Assembly: GCA_963662545.2 (NCBI GenBank)
Contig: CAXXLL010000002.1
Span: 1,696,001-1,760,000, forward strand
DNA length: 64,000 nucleotides
Direction: 5' to 3'
Source of the DNA: Gammaproteobacteria bacterium
Lineage (GTDB): Bacteria > Pseudomonadota > Gammaproteobacteria > Ga0077536
Positions 42,361 through 54,164 of this stretch are shown piece after piece. The translations under genes and the position numbers were made by a program. Below the pieces are notes generated by a model, which saw only the letters and a list, made by a program, of their open reading frames with translations, was not told the DNA's origin and ran no database searches. Position 1 is the stretch's first letter. Each line of letters starts with the position of its first letter.

Positions 42361-44874
42361 TGTTGAGTTGCATCGAAAAGTGATCCGGGATTTGCATTGA
42401 AAATTGACCCACCCGGAAGAGCCAGTATGGCTCGTTACTTTGATAATTTTCTAGTCTTCTTTTCCTTTTTCTCGCGTATTGAACTGTTTTTGAATCGATA
42501 GCTATCATTGCCAGTCTCAGCGATATGGCAGTGATGCGTGAATCGGTCCAAAAGTGCGGTCGTCATTTTCGGGTCGACGAACACGCTCGACCATTCAGAA
42601 AAACTGAGATTCGTCGTGATGACGACGCTGGTACGTTCGTATAGCTTGCTCAGTAAATGGAAGAGCAATGCGCCGCCCGCTCGCGAGAATGGTAAATAAC
42701 CGAGTTCATCGAGAATGACGAGATCGGCATGGACAAGACGATTAGCCATTTGTCCGGGTTTGCCGTCTGCCTTTTCTTGCTCAAGCAGGTTGACAAGTTC
42801 GATGGTAGAGAAGCAGCGAACGCGCAGATGAAGATGTCTGATCGCATGGACGCCAATCGCCGTTGCTAAATGGGTCTTGCCTGTCCCAGGTCCGCCGATG
42901 AACACGACGTGGTGTGCGTCGTCGATGAAATCACCGGCATGGAGAGACTTCACCAGCGTTTGGTCAACGGCGCTCTCGGCGCAGTTGAAACCAGCCAAGT
43001 CACGGTATGCCGGGAAGCGAGCCACTTTCATTTGATAGTTGATCGAGCGCACTTCACGCTCTGCAACTTCCGCTTTGAGCAGTGACTCTAGCAGCGGCTC
43101 GGCTTGGTGATAAGCGGGCGCTTGTTGTTGAGCGAGTTCACCGATAGCGTCAGCCATGCCGTGAAGTTTTAACGATTTTAAGGTCGTCACCATGGCCTCA
43201 GCTGGCATGCATGCGCTCCCGTAAGTGATCGTAGCGATCGACATTGGCTTGCGGCTCTGCAGTCAAACTTAATCCAGCCGGCGTGTCGATAGGCGCCGGC
43301 GCGGTTGCTGCGAGCAACCGGTTTAGAATATTTATAACGTGCTGCTTCGATGGTGCGCCGGTTTCAAGCGCGAGTTCTACCGCACACAACACGGTCTGTT
43401 CGTCGTGGTGTAACACCAACGCCAGGATGTCGACCATCTCGCGGTCTCCTCCAGGACGTTTGAGCAGCATTGACTGGAGGCGTTTGAAGGCTGCTGGCAG
43501 TTCCGCAAATGGTGCACCGTTGCGCAATGCACCCGGTTTGCGTTGTAGCACCGCCAGATAATGACGCCAGTCGTATAACACTTGCGCCACACGGTCATGG
43601 CCTTGCGCAAACAATCGAGGATGTTCAACGACTGGATGGCCTGCGGCGGCAACGACGAGGCGGTCCGCGTAAACCCGTAAGCTCACAGCATGGTTCGCGA
43701 AAGCCGCGGGCACGCTGTAACGATTACGTTCGAACGCGATCAAACACGTTGGCGAGACGCGTTTGGTGTGTTCGATGAATCCATCAAACGGTGGTGGCAT
43801 CCGCATCAGCGCCGGTCGTTCATCCGCCCAGACCTCAGCGATGGTCTGTGTCGGCTGCTCCGGATGGCGGACTTCGTGCCATAGAGTCTGACAACGCGCA
43901 CTCAACCAGGTGTTGAGTTCGTCCAGGTCGGCAAACTTCGGCGCGTCGTGCCACAGTCGCGACCGTGAGTCTCTCACCCCTTTCTCGACCTGGCCCTTCT
44001 CCCAGCCGGCGGCGGGGTTACAAAATGTGGCCTCGAATAAGAAGTGACTGGCCATTGCTTGGAAACGCGCGTTGACCGCTCGGGCTTTGCCTCGGCCGAC
44101 ACGATCCACCGCCGTCTTCATGTTGTCGTAAATGCCGCGCTGCGGCACACCGCCGAGCACCGCTAACCCGTGGTTGTGGGCGTCGAAGAGCATCTCGTGG
44201 GTCTGCAACGGGTAGGCCCTGAGGATGAACGCACGGCTATAAGACAGCTTGAAATGCGCGACCATCAGCTTACGGCGCTCGCCACCGATCACTGCCCAAT
44301 CTTCGGCAATTGCTCCTGCATTGCTCTACCTCCTGCATCCGTGCAGTCGTCACTCCAGTCGAATTGGAACGCTTCTCCTGGTGCAAACACCAGCGGGACA
44401 AACGCGGCGCGGCTCGCTTTTACTGCTTCTTGCTGCTGCGCCCGCCAAGCTCGTGCGAACGCGGCGACCCGGTCGTAGGAACCACGATACCCCAGGTGAA
44501 CCAAGTCCCTGTAGAGCTGGCGTAAATTGCGCCGTTGTTTGCGACTCCGCCCTGATTCCCGCGTTAACCAAGACGACAGTACGTCCGCGTAGTCATCTAT
44601 TTTGCTAGGCGTTTTGCGCGTCGGATACACCGGCTCAACCTCACCGTTGGCCAGATACTTGCGGATTGTGTTTCTGGATAGCTTCGTCCGTCGTGCTATC
44701 TCTCGGATCGATAGGCCCTCGCGAAAGTGCCATCGCCTAATTACGCTTAATAAATCCACCGTTATCACTCCTTTTGTCTCCTGCTCGATTCCGAGCAGGA
44801 TAGGGTCTATGGGTGGATCAAAATTAGATGCAAATACCTACCTCAAGTGGATCACTTTTAAGTGCAAATCAACA
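42361..44874 (-). mobile_element. IS21-family element related to 800-3271; istB intact (42435-43208), istA (43198-44768) frameshifted by a 47-bp insertion
   Basis: Same TGTTGAGTTGCA / TGCAAATCAACA ends. Confidence 0.9.
44303..44349. repeat. 47-bp micro-insertion (MITE-like) in istA
   Basis: Removing it restores FDWSEDWAVIGG. Confidence 0.8.
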
Positions 44875-45540
44875 GCCACTCGGCCAAGGCGGCGGAGCGA
44901 TTGAGTTTGAAGTTCTCGCGGTTGTAAAGATGACGTTCCTGGTTGAAATGATTGTGGATGGAGGCGTGGGCGGCAGCAAATTTCTGCACGGTCTTGATGT
45001 CCCTGAACCTGGCCATCGCTCTTTCTCGCCGGCAGAACGGTTGGTGTGAGTTTTCAGCTCCATGGTTGAGCCACTGACTGCAAATCTGACGATCCTCCCC
45101 CCCCAATGACTTTCATCGCAGCACCGTAGGAACGTAGGCGGTCGGTCACGATTGCTTTTGACCGGCCGTAGCACTTCATTACACGCTTCAGGAACTTCAG
45201 CGCAGCCCTGCGATCCCGACGCTTTGTGGCAAAGGCTTCAAGCACCTCGCCTTCGTGATCGAAGGCGCGCCAGAGGTAGTGCATCTCTCCGCTGATCCGT
45301 ACGAACACCTCATCAAGATGCCAACGCCACAACGAATAGGATCCGTGACGAACACGGCGTGTCCGGATCTCGGCGGCAAACAACGGACCAAACCGGTTCC
45401 ACCAATACCGTACTGTCTCATGACACACGCCGACGCCCCGTTCGTGGAGTAGATCTTCGACCTGCCTCAGGGAGAGCGAAATCTAACCTACAGCATCACC
45501 GCAAGACGGATGGTCTCGGGCGATGTCTTGAAGTATTTGA
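44875..45540 (-). mobile_element. Degenerate IS6-family remnant
   Basis: WHLDEVF and VTDRL motifs; stops and frameshifts. Confidence 0.8.
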
Positions 45541-45586
45541 ATTTGAGTGTAGAACGTTCGTAGTTCGTTTAAGGTACCAATATATT

Positions 45587-45829
45587 TCACGCCATCATTT
45601 TGAGTGCCACATAGGGAACGAAGTTGAAGATCAAAAACGCAACTTTGTAGACAGCCAAATATTGTAAATATACGTTTTGCGCCTCTTCTCGTTTCAAACC
45701 AAACATGCCGGAGTGAATCTTAGCCATCCAATTCTTGAGGGTCATCAAACAGAGCCCGGTAAATGCAAGCAGGACCAAGTTAATGACAGTGCACCAACCT
45801 ATGAATTCTGCGAGCTGTTCCATAGACAT
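45587..45829 (-). CDS. Small membrane protein (DUF6868-like)
   Basis: FIGWCTVIN...YK...FNFVPY pattern. Confidence 0.65.
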   Translation of the reverse strand: MSMEQLAEFIGWCTVINLVLLAFTGLCLMTLKNWMAKIHSGMFGLKREEAQNVYLQYLAVYKVAFLIFNFVPYVALKMMA

Positions 45830-45862
45830 TGCTAGCTTCTCCTTATCTGTAGTAGTCGCGAC

Positions 45863-46667
45863 GGCATTGTCAGGCTAACTGGATCGGACATACAGAACCT
45901 CCAGTTGAGGACCCTTAGGCTGCAAGCTGACACCACTCGGCCAGGGCGGCGGCTCGGGCTTGTTTGAAAATAGCGCGGCGGTTGAGATGGCGTGGGTGGT
46001 TGAAATGGTTGTGGATCGAGGCATGGACAGCGGCGAATTTCTGTAGGGTCTTGATGTCTCTGAAGCGCGCCATCGCCCCTGCCCGTCTTCGAAAGGGTTG
46101 ATGTGAGTGTTCTGCCCGGTTGCTGAGCCAACGCCCGGTCTCTTGGCAACCTTCGTTGCCGACCACCTTCATCGCAGCACAATATGACTGTAGCCTATCC
46201 GTGACGATCGAAGCCGGCCGGCCATAACGCTTCATCGTGCGCTTCAGGAACTCAAGCGCAGCCTTGCGATCCCGCTGTTTCGTGGCAACAACCTCGAGGA
46301 CTTCGCCTTCGTGATCGACAGCACGCCACAAATAACATGTCTCGCCGTTGATCCGTACGAACACCTCATCAAGATGCCAACGCCAGTTCGAATAGGATCC
46401 ATGATGAATGCGCCGTCTCCGGATCTCGGCCGCAAACAACGGACCAAAGCGGTTCCACCAATACCGCACCGTCTCGTAACAGACGTCGACGCCCCGTTCA
46501 TGGAGTAGATCTTCGACCTGCCTCAGGGAGAGCGGAAATCTAACCTACAGCATCACCGCAAGACGGATGATCTCGGGCGATGTCTTGAAGTATTTGAAAT
46601 GGTTTTTCATTCTGAGACCCTAGACGGCATACTCCCTACACTCAACGCCGTTTCCCCTGACAATGCC
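45863..46667 (-). mobile_element. IS6-family element; transposase has an early TAG
   Basis: GGCATTGTCAG IR at both ends. Confidence 0.88.
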
Positions 46668-46899
46668 ACCAGCCGACCATCTGGACGGAAACGATCGGCG
46701 AGTGTCATGAGGTTATGCTGTCATGTGACAATTGGGAGCGGCGCGGATATCGGGGAAAATTTGTGCCCGGTCGAGTGCAAAAAGATGACACGTGATTTTT
46801 ATTTTGCATCGGTGAGCATTGCGGCTTTGTTTGCCGCCGGTTCGGTCGGCCGGGGTCCTTTAGATGGTCGAGTCTGAGCGTCAGCGTCTGGTCTGTTTA

Positions 46900-47212
46900 G
46901 GTTTTTCCTGTCGGGCGTCAACCATTACGGGACGGGTTGAGTGGATAACTCCGGTTCTTTGAGCCCGGTAAGGTTGGAACGGTTATGAGCCATTTCGGAA
47001 GGTCGATTACCGACACGTTTCGAATGCTCCAACCGGGCCAAGCGTTGTTGAGTGTCTTCGCCGGTATCGCAGAGTCGCTATTGGATCGAACAGTCGCCAA
47101 TACACCGAAGGGCCGCACGCTTGCCCAGCTTCGTCAAACGCGCTTCCCAAAACTCATCGGGGGCGAAATTAGCCTGTCGAACGCCGAAGAAGCCGTGGAG
47201 GCCGCGGCGTGA
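46900..47212 (+). pseudogene. hsdS: HsdS C-terminal remnant
   Basis: RTLAQLRQTRFPKLIGGEI resembles the HsdS tail. Confidence 0.6.
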
Positions 47213-47925
47213 GCGACAAATACCCAACCCTAGACGCCCTGGTCGCGCTCGGCTTTGAGCACCGGGAGCCCAAATTCGGCGACAAAACCGTCGGCTATCG
47301 GTTTCGCTATCTCGACTTGAAGGCCTCCGCCTCAATAAGCATGTATTTTCAGCCCGAGGTGCTTCTCGACGGCGTTCTCAAAACCGGGCGTACTCTGAGC
47401 CAAATAGAGCACCACCTTCCGGGAGATCTCGGGACCCCTCAGGAAGCCGCGGCCTGGGTAAGCTACGTTCTCAAATCGGATCGGTCCGATCTAGAGCCCT
47501 TGCCAGCTTGGTTTCTGGAGGGAGAATGCCACTGGGACCTCGTGCCGGCCGTCCGAGAGAAACAGGCACGTCGGGAAAGGTTACAGGCCTACCTGGCGGC
47601 CTACGAGGCAAGCCCTAAGTGTTTCATCGACAGGGAGTATGCCCGCCTTCTTCGGCGTAAGCTGCACGCTGCTCTGTCCGAGATTGCCGGGGAGACCGAG
47701 ATGACGTTCAACTTCGACGGGCGCGTTCTCAGCATCGCCTTGTGCGGCCTCGTGCACGAAGTCGTTGCATCGGGGGAAAGTTGGCCGTCCTCCTACCAAG
47801 TTACGGTATCCTCAGAAACGCGGCTGCCCCCCCGGTTTACCTCCTCGAAGGTTGAGGTGAACGTGTTCAAAGACAATTTGATTTTGGCGGAGCTTCGCTT
47901 GGGGCCGTGTGAGGTGGCCGCATGA
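47209..47925 (+). CDS. Hypothetical protein
   Basis: 238-aa ORF with GTGA coupling to the hsdS remnant. Confidence 0.6.
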   Translation: MSDKYPTLDALVALGFEHREPKFGDKTVGYRFRYLDLKASASISMYFQPEVLLDGVLKTGRTLSQIEHHLPGDLGTPQEAAAWVSYVLKSDRSDLEPLPAWFLEGECHWDLVPAVREKQARRERLQAYLAAYEASPKCFIDREYARLLRRKLHAALSEIAGETEMTFNFDGRVLSIALCGLVHEVVASGESWPSSYQVTVSSETRLPPRFTSSKVEVNVFKDNLILAELRLGPCEVAA

Positions 47926-48399
47926 AATTGTCTGAAAGCGAGGTCGGGCACGCCGGGCGCGGAGTGCACTGACTACAGCGCGGTCGTGGTGGGGGCGGTC
48001 GCGAGACGCGTTGGAGCGGCTGAACCTGTAGGCTAAGCTCTCGACAACCCACGTGATCGCGGAAAGTCCCGCTTATTCGCCCAGCACCGGGAGCTACCCA
48101 GCGCTGCATTGAACAGCTGTTGTATTCAGCGGGTGGCCCGACAGGGCGGACCACATGAGTTGTCACGGTGGGCGGTGTGCTATAGCGACGTTGAGATCGT
48201 CAATCGTATATAGGTGTTGACGAATAAACGACAACGGCTATGGGTGCTTAGTGGTCACTTTGTCAACGGTGACGCAAAAGGTTGGCAGCCGCGAGTGTGT
48301 CAACCGGCTTTGAAGGTCGCTTCTTCATGCTGAGCAATATTGCCCTCGTTTTCCGCTGGGGGTGGCCCCACCGGAGCAATCGGGCCGCGGGGACGGCCA

Positions 48400-48760
48400 G
48401 CGCCGGACTATGAGCGGTTCTTGAAGCGCCAGCTCTCGTTGCCGGTCTCGATGATGTCGCAGTGATGTGTGAGGCAGTCGAGAGTGCGGTGGTCATCTTG
48501 GGGTCACCGAACACCGTGGGCCATTCGCCGAAGGCGAGGTGCGCTCGTAGAGACGGCTCATCAGATGAAACCGCAACTGCCCGGGGTCTGGGCGAAGGGC
48601 AGGTAACCGAGCTCGTCGAGGACGACGAGGTTGCGGCGGGCGAGCTGCTTGGCGGTGTGTCCTTGTCAACCGGCGCGGGTTTCGGCCTCAAGATAGTTGA
48701 CCAGCTCGGCAACGTCATAGCAGCGGCCGCGGGCACCATTTCGGATGCAGGCGCGCGCAC
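48400..48760 (-). pseudogene. istB: Highly degraded istB remnant
   Basis: [17 protein letters not shown] and LDELGYLPF fragments. Confidence 0.7.
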
Positions 48761-49397
48761 GTGAGAGGGTACTTGTCAGGGGAGGATGCCGATTGGTCAA
48801 CCCTCTATCTATCTGAATAATAATAATCGCAAAAATCCGGCACAGCGCTCTTGTAACCGGCTGTTTCTGAAGGACCTGGCCGGCACAGACCCGGCACACC
48901 ACCTATATATTTTCGTGCCAATCAGTCAAAGATTGACCAGCTTTCTGTGCAGATGACGCCAGCCCAAACCACTGCGCCCCCCGTGGCCAGGCCGGCCGCA
49001 CCCCCTCTACACCCGCGGTCGAGAAGGGAAGTCTCGCGCGCGAGGCGCGGGGAGGGACGTTTGGACCCATAGGTACTTCCCGCGCGCCGCCGCAGCCGCG
49101 GGACACCCCCGGGTCGTCTCATCCAGCGGGTCCCATGCGACGATCGTGGCAGGTGCTCGATAACAGACCTTATCGCGCATCTGAAAGGAATCGCTGCATA
49201 GGACTCGTCGCAGATTGATGAAGAAGGGCCGCGGTCTCCGCGGCGCGTGACGGAAGTCCTATGGCCCCCAGCATCCCTCTTTGCGTCCCACGCGCGCGAG
49301 TTGTTTTCCGATCTGAGCCCCACCTGGGCAAGTTTCGTGCTCGACCGGGTCGAAAATCGGTCAACATTTGACCAGCCTGACACAGAAATCTACCTGT

Positions 49398-49815
49398 GGT
49401 GTGCCAGGCGAATGCCTGAAAATCAGCAGCTTGGAAATGAGTCTGTGCCAGAGTGTGCCACCTTTGTGCCAGGCTTTTAGGCCCTATTATTGTTATTATT
49501 CAATAGGATGAAAGTAAAGAAGTTGACGTTTCTGTCGTTTTCCCGAAAAACATACCCTCATACGCGCGTACGCCTCGCACGCGCACTTTGGGGGTATGTT
49601 TTTCAGAGAATCTGTGCCAAAAGGGTGTTTTATAAATTGAATCAATAGTATAAACGGTACACTTGAATCAAAAACATAAAGGACACGCTTGAATCAACAA
49701 CATACGCGGCACACCCGAATTGAAAACATAAAGGACACTTGAATCAACAATTTAATCAATAATATACGCGGTACACTTGAATCAGAAACGTAAGTGGCAC
49801 ACTGTTGCTGGCACA
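49398..49815. repeat. Iteron-like origin remnant: TGTGCCA repeats plus AT-rich ACACTTGAATCA repeats
   Basis: 5 direct TGTGCCA, 2 inverted TGGCACA, about 5 degenerate TTGAATCA units. Confidence 0.6.
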
Positions 49816-50036
49816 AAATTATTTTAGGCTTGTGTCGGCCCGTACAGGGGTTCACTACTCGCTGGCCATTCGAAAACCGTAAGCGCCGCGACCGCTCGCC
49901 ATCTGCCCTGGCGGCCGACGGCGAGACCGTGAAGCAGGCCAACGTGACGGCCGGCGGCGTTTATCCAGGCGGCCCGCCGGTCGAGCGCCACGATCTCATC
50001 TGACGCCGGCTTTCACTACCTCCGTGCTTATAAAAT

Positions 50037-50080
50037 GGCGTTTATATACTTGACGACACGTCGTCAAGTATATAAACGCC
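50037..50080. promoter_or_regulatory. Perfect inverted repeat, 21-bp arms with 2-bp spacer
   Basis: GGCGTTTATATACTTGACGAC-AC-GTCGTCAAGTATATAAACGCC. Confidence 0.6.
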
Positions 50081-50277
50081 GTATATTGGGCATTGCGGGG
50101 TAATTGGATGTTCAAGAGGCAAGGCCAGTTAGCAGACATCCACGACGTTTCCGCGGAAACGTTTTTTAACGAGAATGCTTCGCATTTATATCTTCTATAC
50201 TCACCCGGACCGGAAACAGTGCCCGGCGTGCAATACCCCAGGCCTGACCCCATGCGGAACTAAAGAGGAAGCTACCG

Positions 50278-51099
50278 ATGAGTGGAAAACTAGAGAATCA
50301 CGTCGCGATCGTCACCGGCGCGGCGCAAGGGGTCGGTGAGGGCGTTGCTCACGTGCTCGCGGAACACGGCGCGAAAGTGGTCGTCGCCGATATCAGACGG
50401 GACGGCGGCGAAGGCACCGCGACGGCGTTGCGTGAAGCCGGCTACGACGCTATCTTCAGTGCGGTCGACCTGCTCGATGAAGACAGCATGTGCAAACTCG
50501 TTGCCGGTACGGCAGATCGTTACGGGCGGATCGACATCCTCGCGAACGTAGCGGGTATCTACCCGGTCGATATGATCGAAGGGATGAGCACGGCGCAATG
50601 GGACAAGGTCCTCAGGGTCAACCTGACTGCCCCGTTCGTGCTGACCCGTGAATGTGCGTCGCACATGAAAAAGCTGGGACGAGGGCGGATCATCGTCACG
50701 TCTTCCATCACGGGCAACTACACGGCTTACCCCGGTATGAGCCATTATGCGGCATCCAAGGCCGGCGTGACCGGCTTTATCCGCGCTGCGGCGACGGAGT
50801 TCGCGCCTTACAAGATCACCGTGAACTCGATCGACCCCGGCGGTATGTTGACGCCGGGTCTCGAGCAGCTATGCACCCCACAGGACATCGACGTCATGGC
50901 CAAGCAGACACCCTTGCAGCGGATCGGCCAGCCGCGCGACGTTGGCAATCTGTACGCCTTTCTGGCCTCCGACGACGCCGATTACATCACCGGCACCAGC
51001 ATCCGTTGCGATGGCGGTATGGCGTTGCCCGAATCGGCCGCGCTGGCGGAGCTCAAGGAGGGCGCCTATAAAATTGACGACGCGTCGTCCCGTATATAG
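50278..51099 (+). CDS. SDR-family oxidoreductase (FabG-like)
   Basis: TGAAQGVG, NVAG, YAASK. Confidence 0.93.
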   Translation: MSGKLENHVAIVTGAAQGVGEGVAHVLAEHGAKVVVADIRRDGGEGTATALREAGYDAIFSAVDLLDEDSMCKLVAGTADRYGRIDILANVAGIYPVDMIEGMSTAQWDKVLRVNLTAPFVLTRECASHMKKLGRGRIIVTSSITGNYTAYPGMSHYAASKAGVTGFIRAAATEFAPYKITVNSIDPGGMLTPGLEQLCTPQDIDVMAKQTPLQRIGQPRDVGNLYAFLASDDADYITGTSIRCDGGMALPESAALAELKEGAYKIDDASSRI

Positions 51100-51299
51100 G
51101 CACCGGAGCTTGACATCCCAGCGCCTACACACGGCCCAAACTTCGGGTTGGTACGCGTGCAGCGTCAAGGCTTGACGTCCCAGCGCCTTCATACTGCCCA
51201 TACTCCTGATGCATGAGCGGGTGCCTATAGGCTCGACGGCACAGCGTCAAGTTCCCGGTGCCCGCAGAATCTGGCAGCACCGGCCCACGCAGTGGCGCT

Positions 51300-51813
51300 G
51301 AGTCACGCCCCGTAGCGGAGCCTGGCGACGGCGCCCCGGCGGGCCCCGCGCATAGCGGCCCGGCATGGACGGCGATTGCCAGCGGCCCGCCTGCTGCATT
51401 TCGACCACGGAGGCCCCGGCGGCGGCCAGCGATTGCGCCGCGCCGATCCGCAGGCTGTGGCCCGAGATCCGGCCGGTGGTCCCGGCGGCCGCGGCGCGGG
51501 CCGTGATGATGCGGCGCACCGAGCGCGCGGAGAGGCGCCCCAGGACCCGGCCCCCGCCTTTGGTAATGCGGCGAAAGAGCGGCCCCTCAGCCGCAAGCCC
51601 GGCGGCGTCTATCCAGGCGGTCAACCGCTCGAGCGTGGGCGGGCCGATGAACAGGGCGGCCCCGACGCCGTCCTGATCGGTCTTGCTGCGCTTGACGGTC
51701 ACGGTGTTCTCGGCGGCGTCCAGATCGGACACATCGAGCGCCGCGATCTCACTGGTGCGCAGCAGCGCATCGCTGGCGATGGCGAGGATCGCTGCATCCC
51801 GCAGCCCGGCCAA
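51300..51813 (-). pseudogene. Cre/TnpS-like tyrosine recombinase, catalytic half only
   Basis: LRTSE, SKTDQ, GHSLRIG, AGRW...RY; N-terminus missing. Confidence 0.8.
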
Positions 51814-53593
51814 CGCACGCCCGTCACGCGCGGCGGGTGGCGGGCGCCATGGACGCCTCGAACAGATCTGCCATGGCGGCGGTGGACACGGCGCGCGCGG
51901 GGCTCAGGGCCGGGGTCTTTTGCATGGGGTTCTCGCCCGCTATTATGTCTGATAAGAGCAATTATCGGATGTAATAATAGAAGCGTCAATCCGGGTCAGC
52001 CGGGGCCCGAACCGGCGGAAAAAATGACCCCCTCGATGAAGCAACGTCGCTCTTGCGGCCATTAAGTAGTCCACTGCTGATGAGCGAGTTGGACGCAGGT
52101 TGACTCAACCAAAAAGGTCTTCGGAAAAGCTGGGGCGATCCACGTCGCGGCGCTTACGATTTTCGAACGGTTGGCGCGCAGCGGACCTCCGTGGCAGGGC
52201 GGGAAGTTCCCATCGCGCAATCTACATGTGCGTCATGTCGACCCAGGGTGGTCGGCACAGCGCTGTGCCAGGTTTGTGCCAGATATCCATATGATCACAT
52301 TGGAAAAAATAGGCTTTTGACACAAAAAACGAGAAAATATGTATATCTATACAGGTGCACGTATGCCCGCGCCGGGGATCCTCCCCCTCCGGCGATCCCT
52401 TTCAGCTGCGCGATGAGACCCATTATCGCGCAACTGGAACGCCGCGACTTAAAGCTGGCGGCCCTTGATGGCGCACGTGAGAGCGTGCCCCCGTGCCATT
52501 GACTGTGTTGCTCCGCACTTACCACCGCCCCCGCAGCCCATGGTACCGTGGCCCGGTCCATTGATTCCGGGCACCGGGCGGCGGCCTCCCGCCCATCGAA
52601 GCGCCACTATTTGCCACAGTGTCCTTTTTAGAAGTAACTCGCGGCTCGATCGGTTTCGAAGCGGTGCTGAGACGAGGTGGCGCGATGGGGTGCTTATGTG
52701 CCCGCAGCGGCTTGAGGCAATCCATCACCGGTGCCTCCAACGTGTCTCTACAGCGTCGCTATCCCCAACTCGGGGCCGCAATGGACGGTCCATCCCAGCA
52801 TGAAGGTCGCTTCGTGTTTCTTGACGTCGGCCAGGACGCTGGCGAGGCGTTGATGGCAGGTCACGGCGATTGATGCCTTCGATCTCGACGGCGACGAGGT
52901 GTGCGGCCAGCGACGTCGAAGCGCCATGGGTGTTTCGGGTCCAAGCGGTTCTCCGGGATGGATTTCAGCAGAGCGGTGCGTTCAAGCCCAAGCTCGAAGA
53001 CTTCCTCACGGCCGCCTTTTTTCATGCGCAGTCGCCCACCTCGGGGGCCGGGTGACCTCGGTCTGTTGTCACCCGCTTTTCGTCAGCGGTCGGCGGCATA
53101 CTTTCGCAAGGGCTCATTGTTGCGACATCCTCGCACCATGCCCACCCCTATCACGTAGTTCAACTTGATAAACACGGAACGTTAAGGTTGTCTGACGTCA
53201 GCGTTTATGGGACAGATTGAGACGCAGCGAGACGTTATGAACGGTCGCTTGTGCGGTCGATGTCCATGCGGCCGGGTGGCGCCCGCTCCAGGACCTGTCG
53301 TCCGCCTACTCCGCCGGCGGAGTCCAGACGCCAGGCCCGCTTCGCGCGCACGATACAGGTGGGTCGACACCGCGGCTGTGCCGATGTTCAGCCCGTCCGT
53401 CACCGCTCGTCTCGATAGGCGCTGCAGGCAACCGAAGCGCAGGATCCTTTCCGTATATCCTTCACCGTTGTTCGCCTCGTCTGCTGCTGTCTCAGCGTGC
53501 TGCCTCACGGCAAAAGCCGAAGGGCCATCCAAACAGCACCAGCGAGATCCAAGCGTCGGAGGGTACCGCGACGCTGTCCGGGACTTGCCGAAA

Positions 53594-53869
53594 TCACTGT
53601 CCGGGACTCTGTGACAACCGCGCAATACGATGTGGATCCGCCACCCGCTTAGACCCGGCTTCTGATCCAGACGACCGTGTCGACGATGTGAGCCGTTTCG
53701 GCGACGCCGGCATCGGGCGTACAGTCGGGGTTGGCGAAGCGGGGCTACAGCCTGGTCGGCCCGTCGCCGCGCGCACCGTCTCAATGCGCTGGACCATCAG
53801 CCCGCTCCCATCCCACAGCACGAACAAATCGCCGGTGGCGGGTAACCGCCGGGGGACATCGACCGCCAA
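53594..53869 (-). pseudogene. S24 peptidase (phage repressor) C-terminal remnant between IS21 and IS3 end fragments
   Basis: GDLFVLWDGSGLMVQRIE. Confidence 0.5.
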
Positions 53870-54056
53870 CCGGATGGCCCTCCAGCGCGATCTTCGCCTT
53901 CACCTCTCCTGAACACCTAGGTCTCCTATTCATCGCGTATGTGTCCGGTCCGGGGAATACTCGTTCATGACCTGCCCGATTTTCCGGGGCCACCTTACTT
54001 CCGGGATTCGGTCAGTGCCTCGGTCAAGCGCAGAATCGTTCCAACCGGACCTATTG

Positions 54057-54152
54057 GCCACCGTTGCCACCGTATGCGTATATATATGGCGTCTGAACTT
54101 CAGAACCGTGCCCATATAAGGATTACGGTGGCCAACGGTGGCCAACGGTGGC
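54057..54152. repeat. Iteron-type origin: 2x GCCACCGT and 3x inverted ACGGTGGC around an AT-rich core
   Basis: Directly downstream of the primase-helicase gene. Confidence 0.65.
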
Positions 54153-54164
54153 AGCGCCGGCCAC

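Larger units (their letters stand above)
49847..52189. mobile_element. Non-autonomous Tn3-family-like element
   Basis: 37-bp imperfect IRs GGGGTTC...GAAAACCGTAAG and GAGGTCC...GAAAATCGTAAG. Confidence 0.65.

Noticed and set aside
49060-49115. cos-like sequence AGGTACTTCC...CGCGGG
   Set aside because: Vague resemblance only; no terminase or HNH gene is adjacent.
49637-49790. Possible CRISPR array
   Set aside because: Repeats are short and degenerate, the intervening sequences repeat each other, and no cas genes are present.
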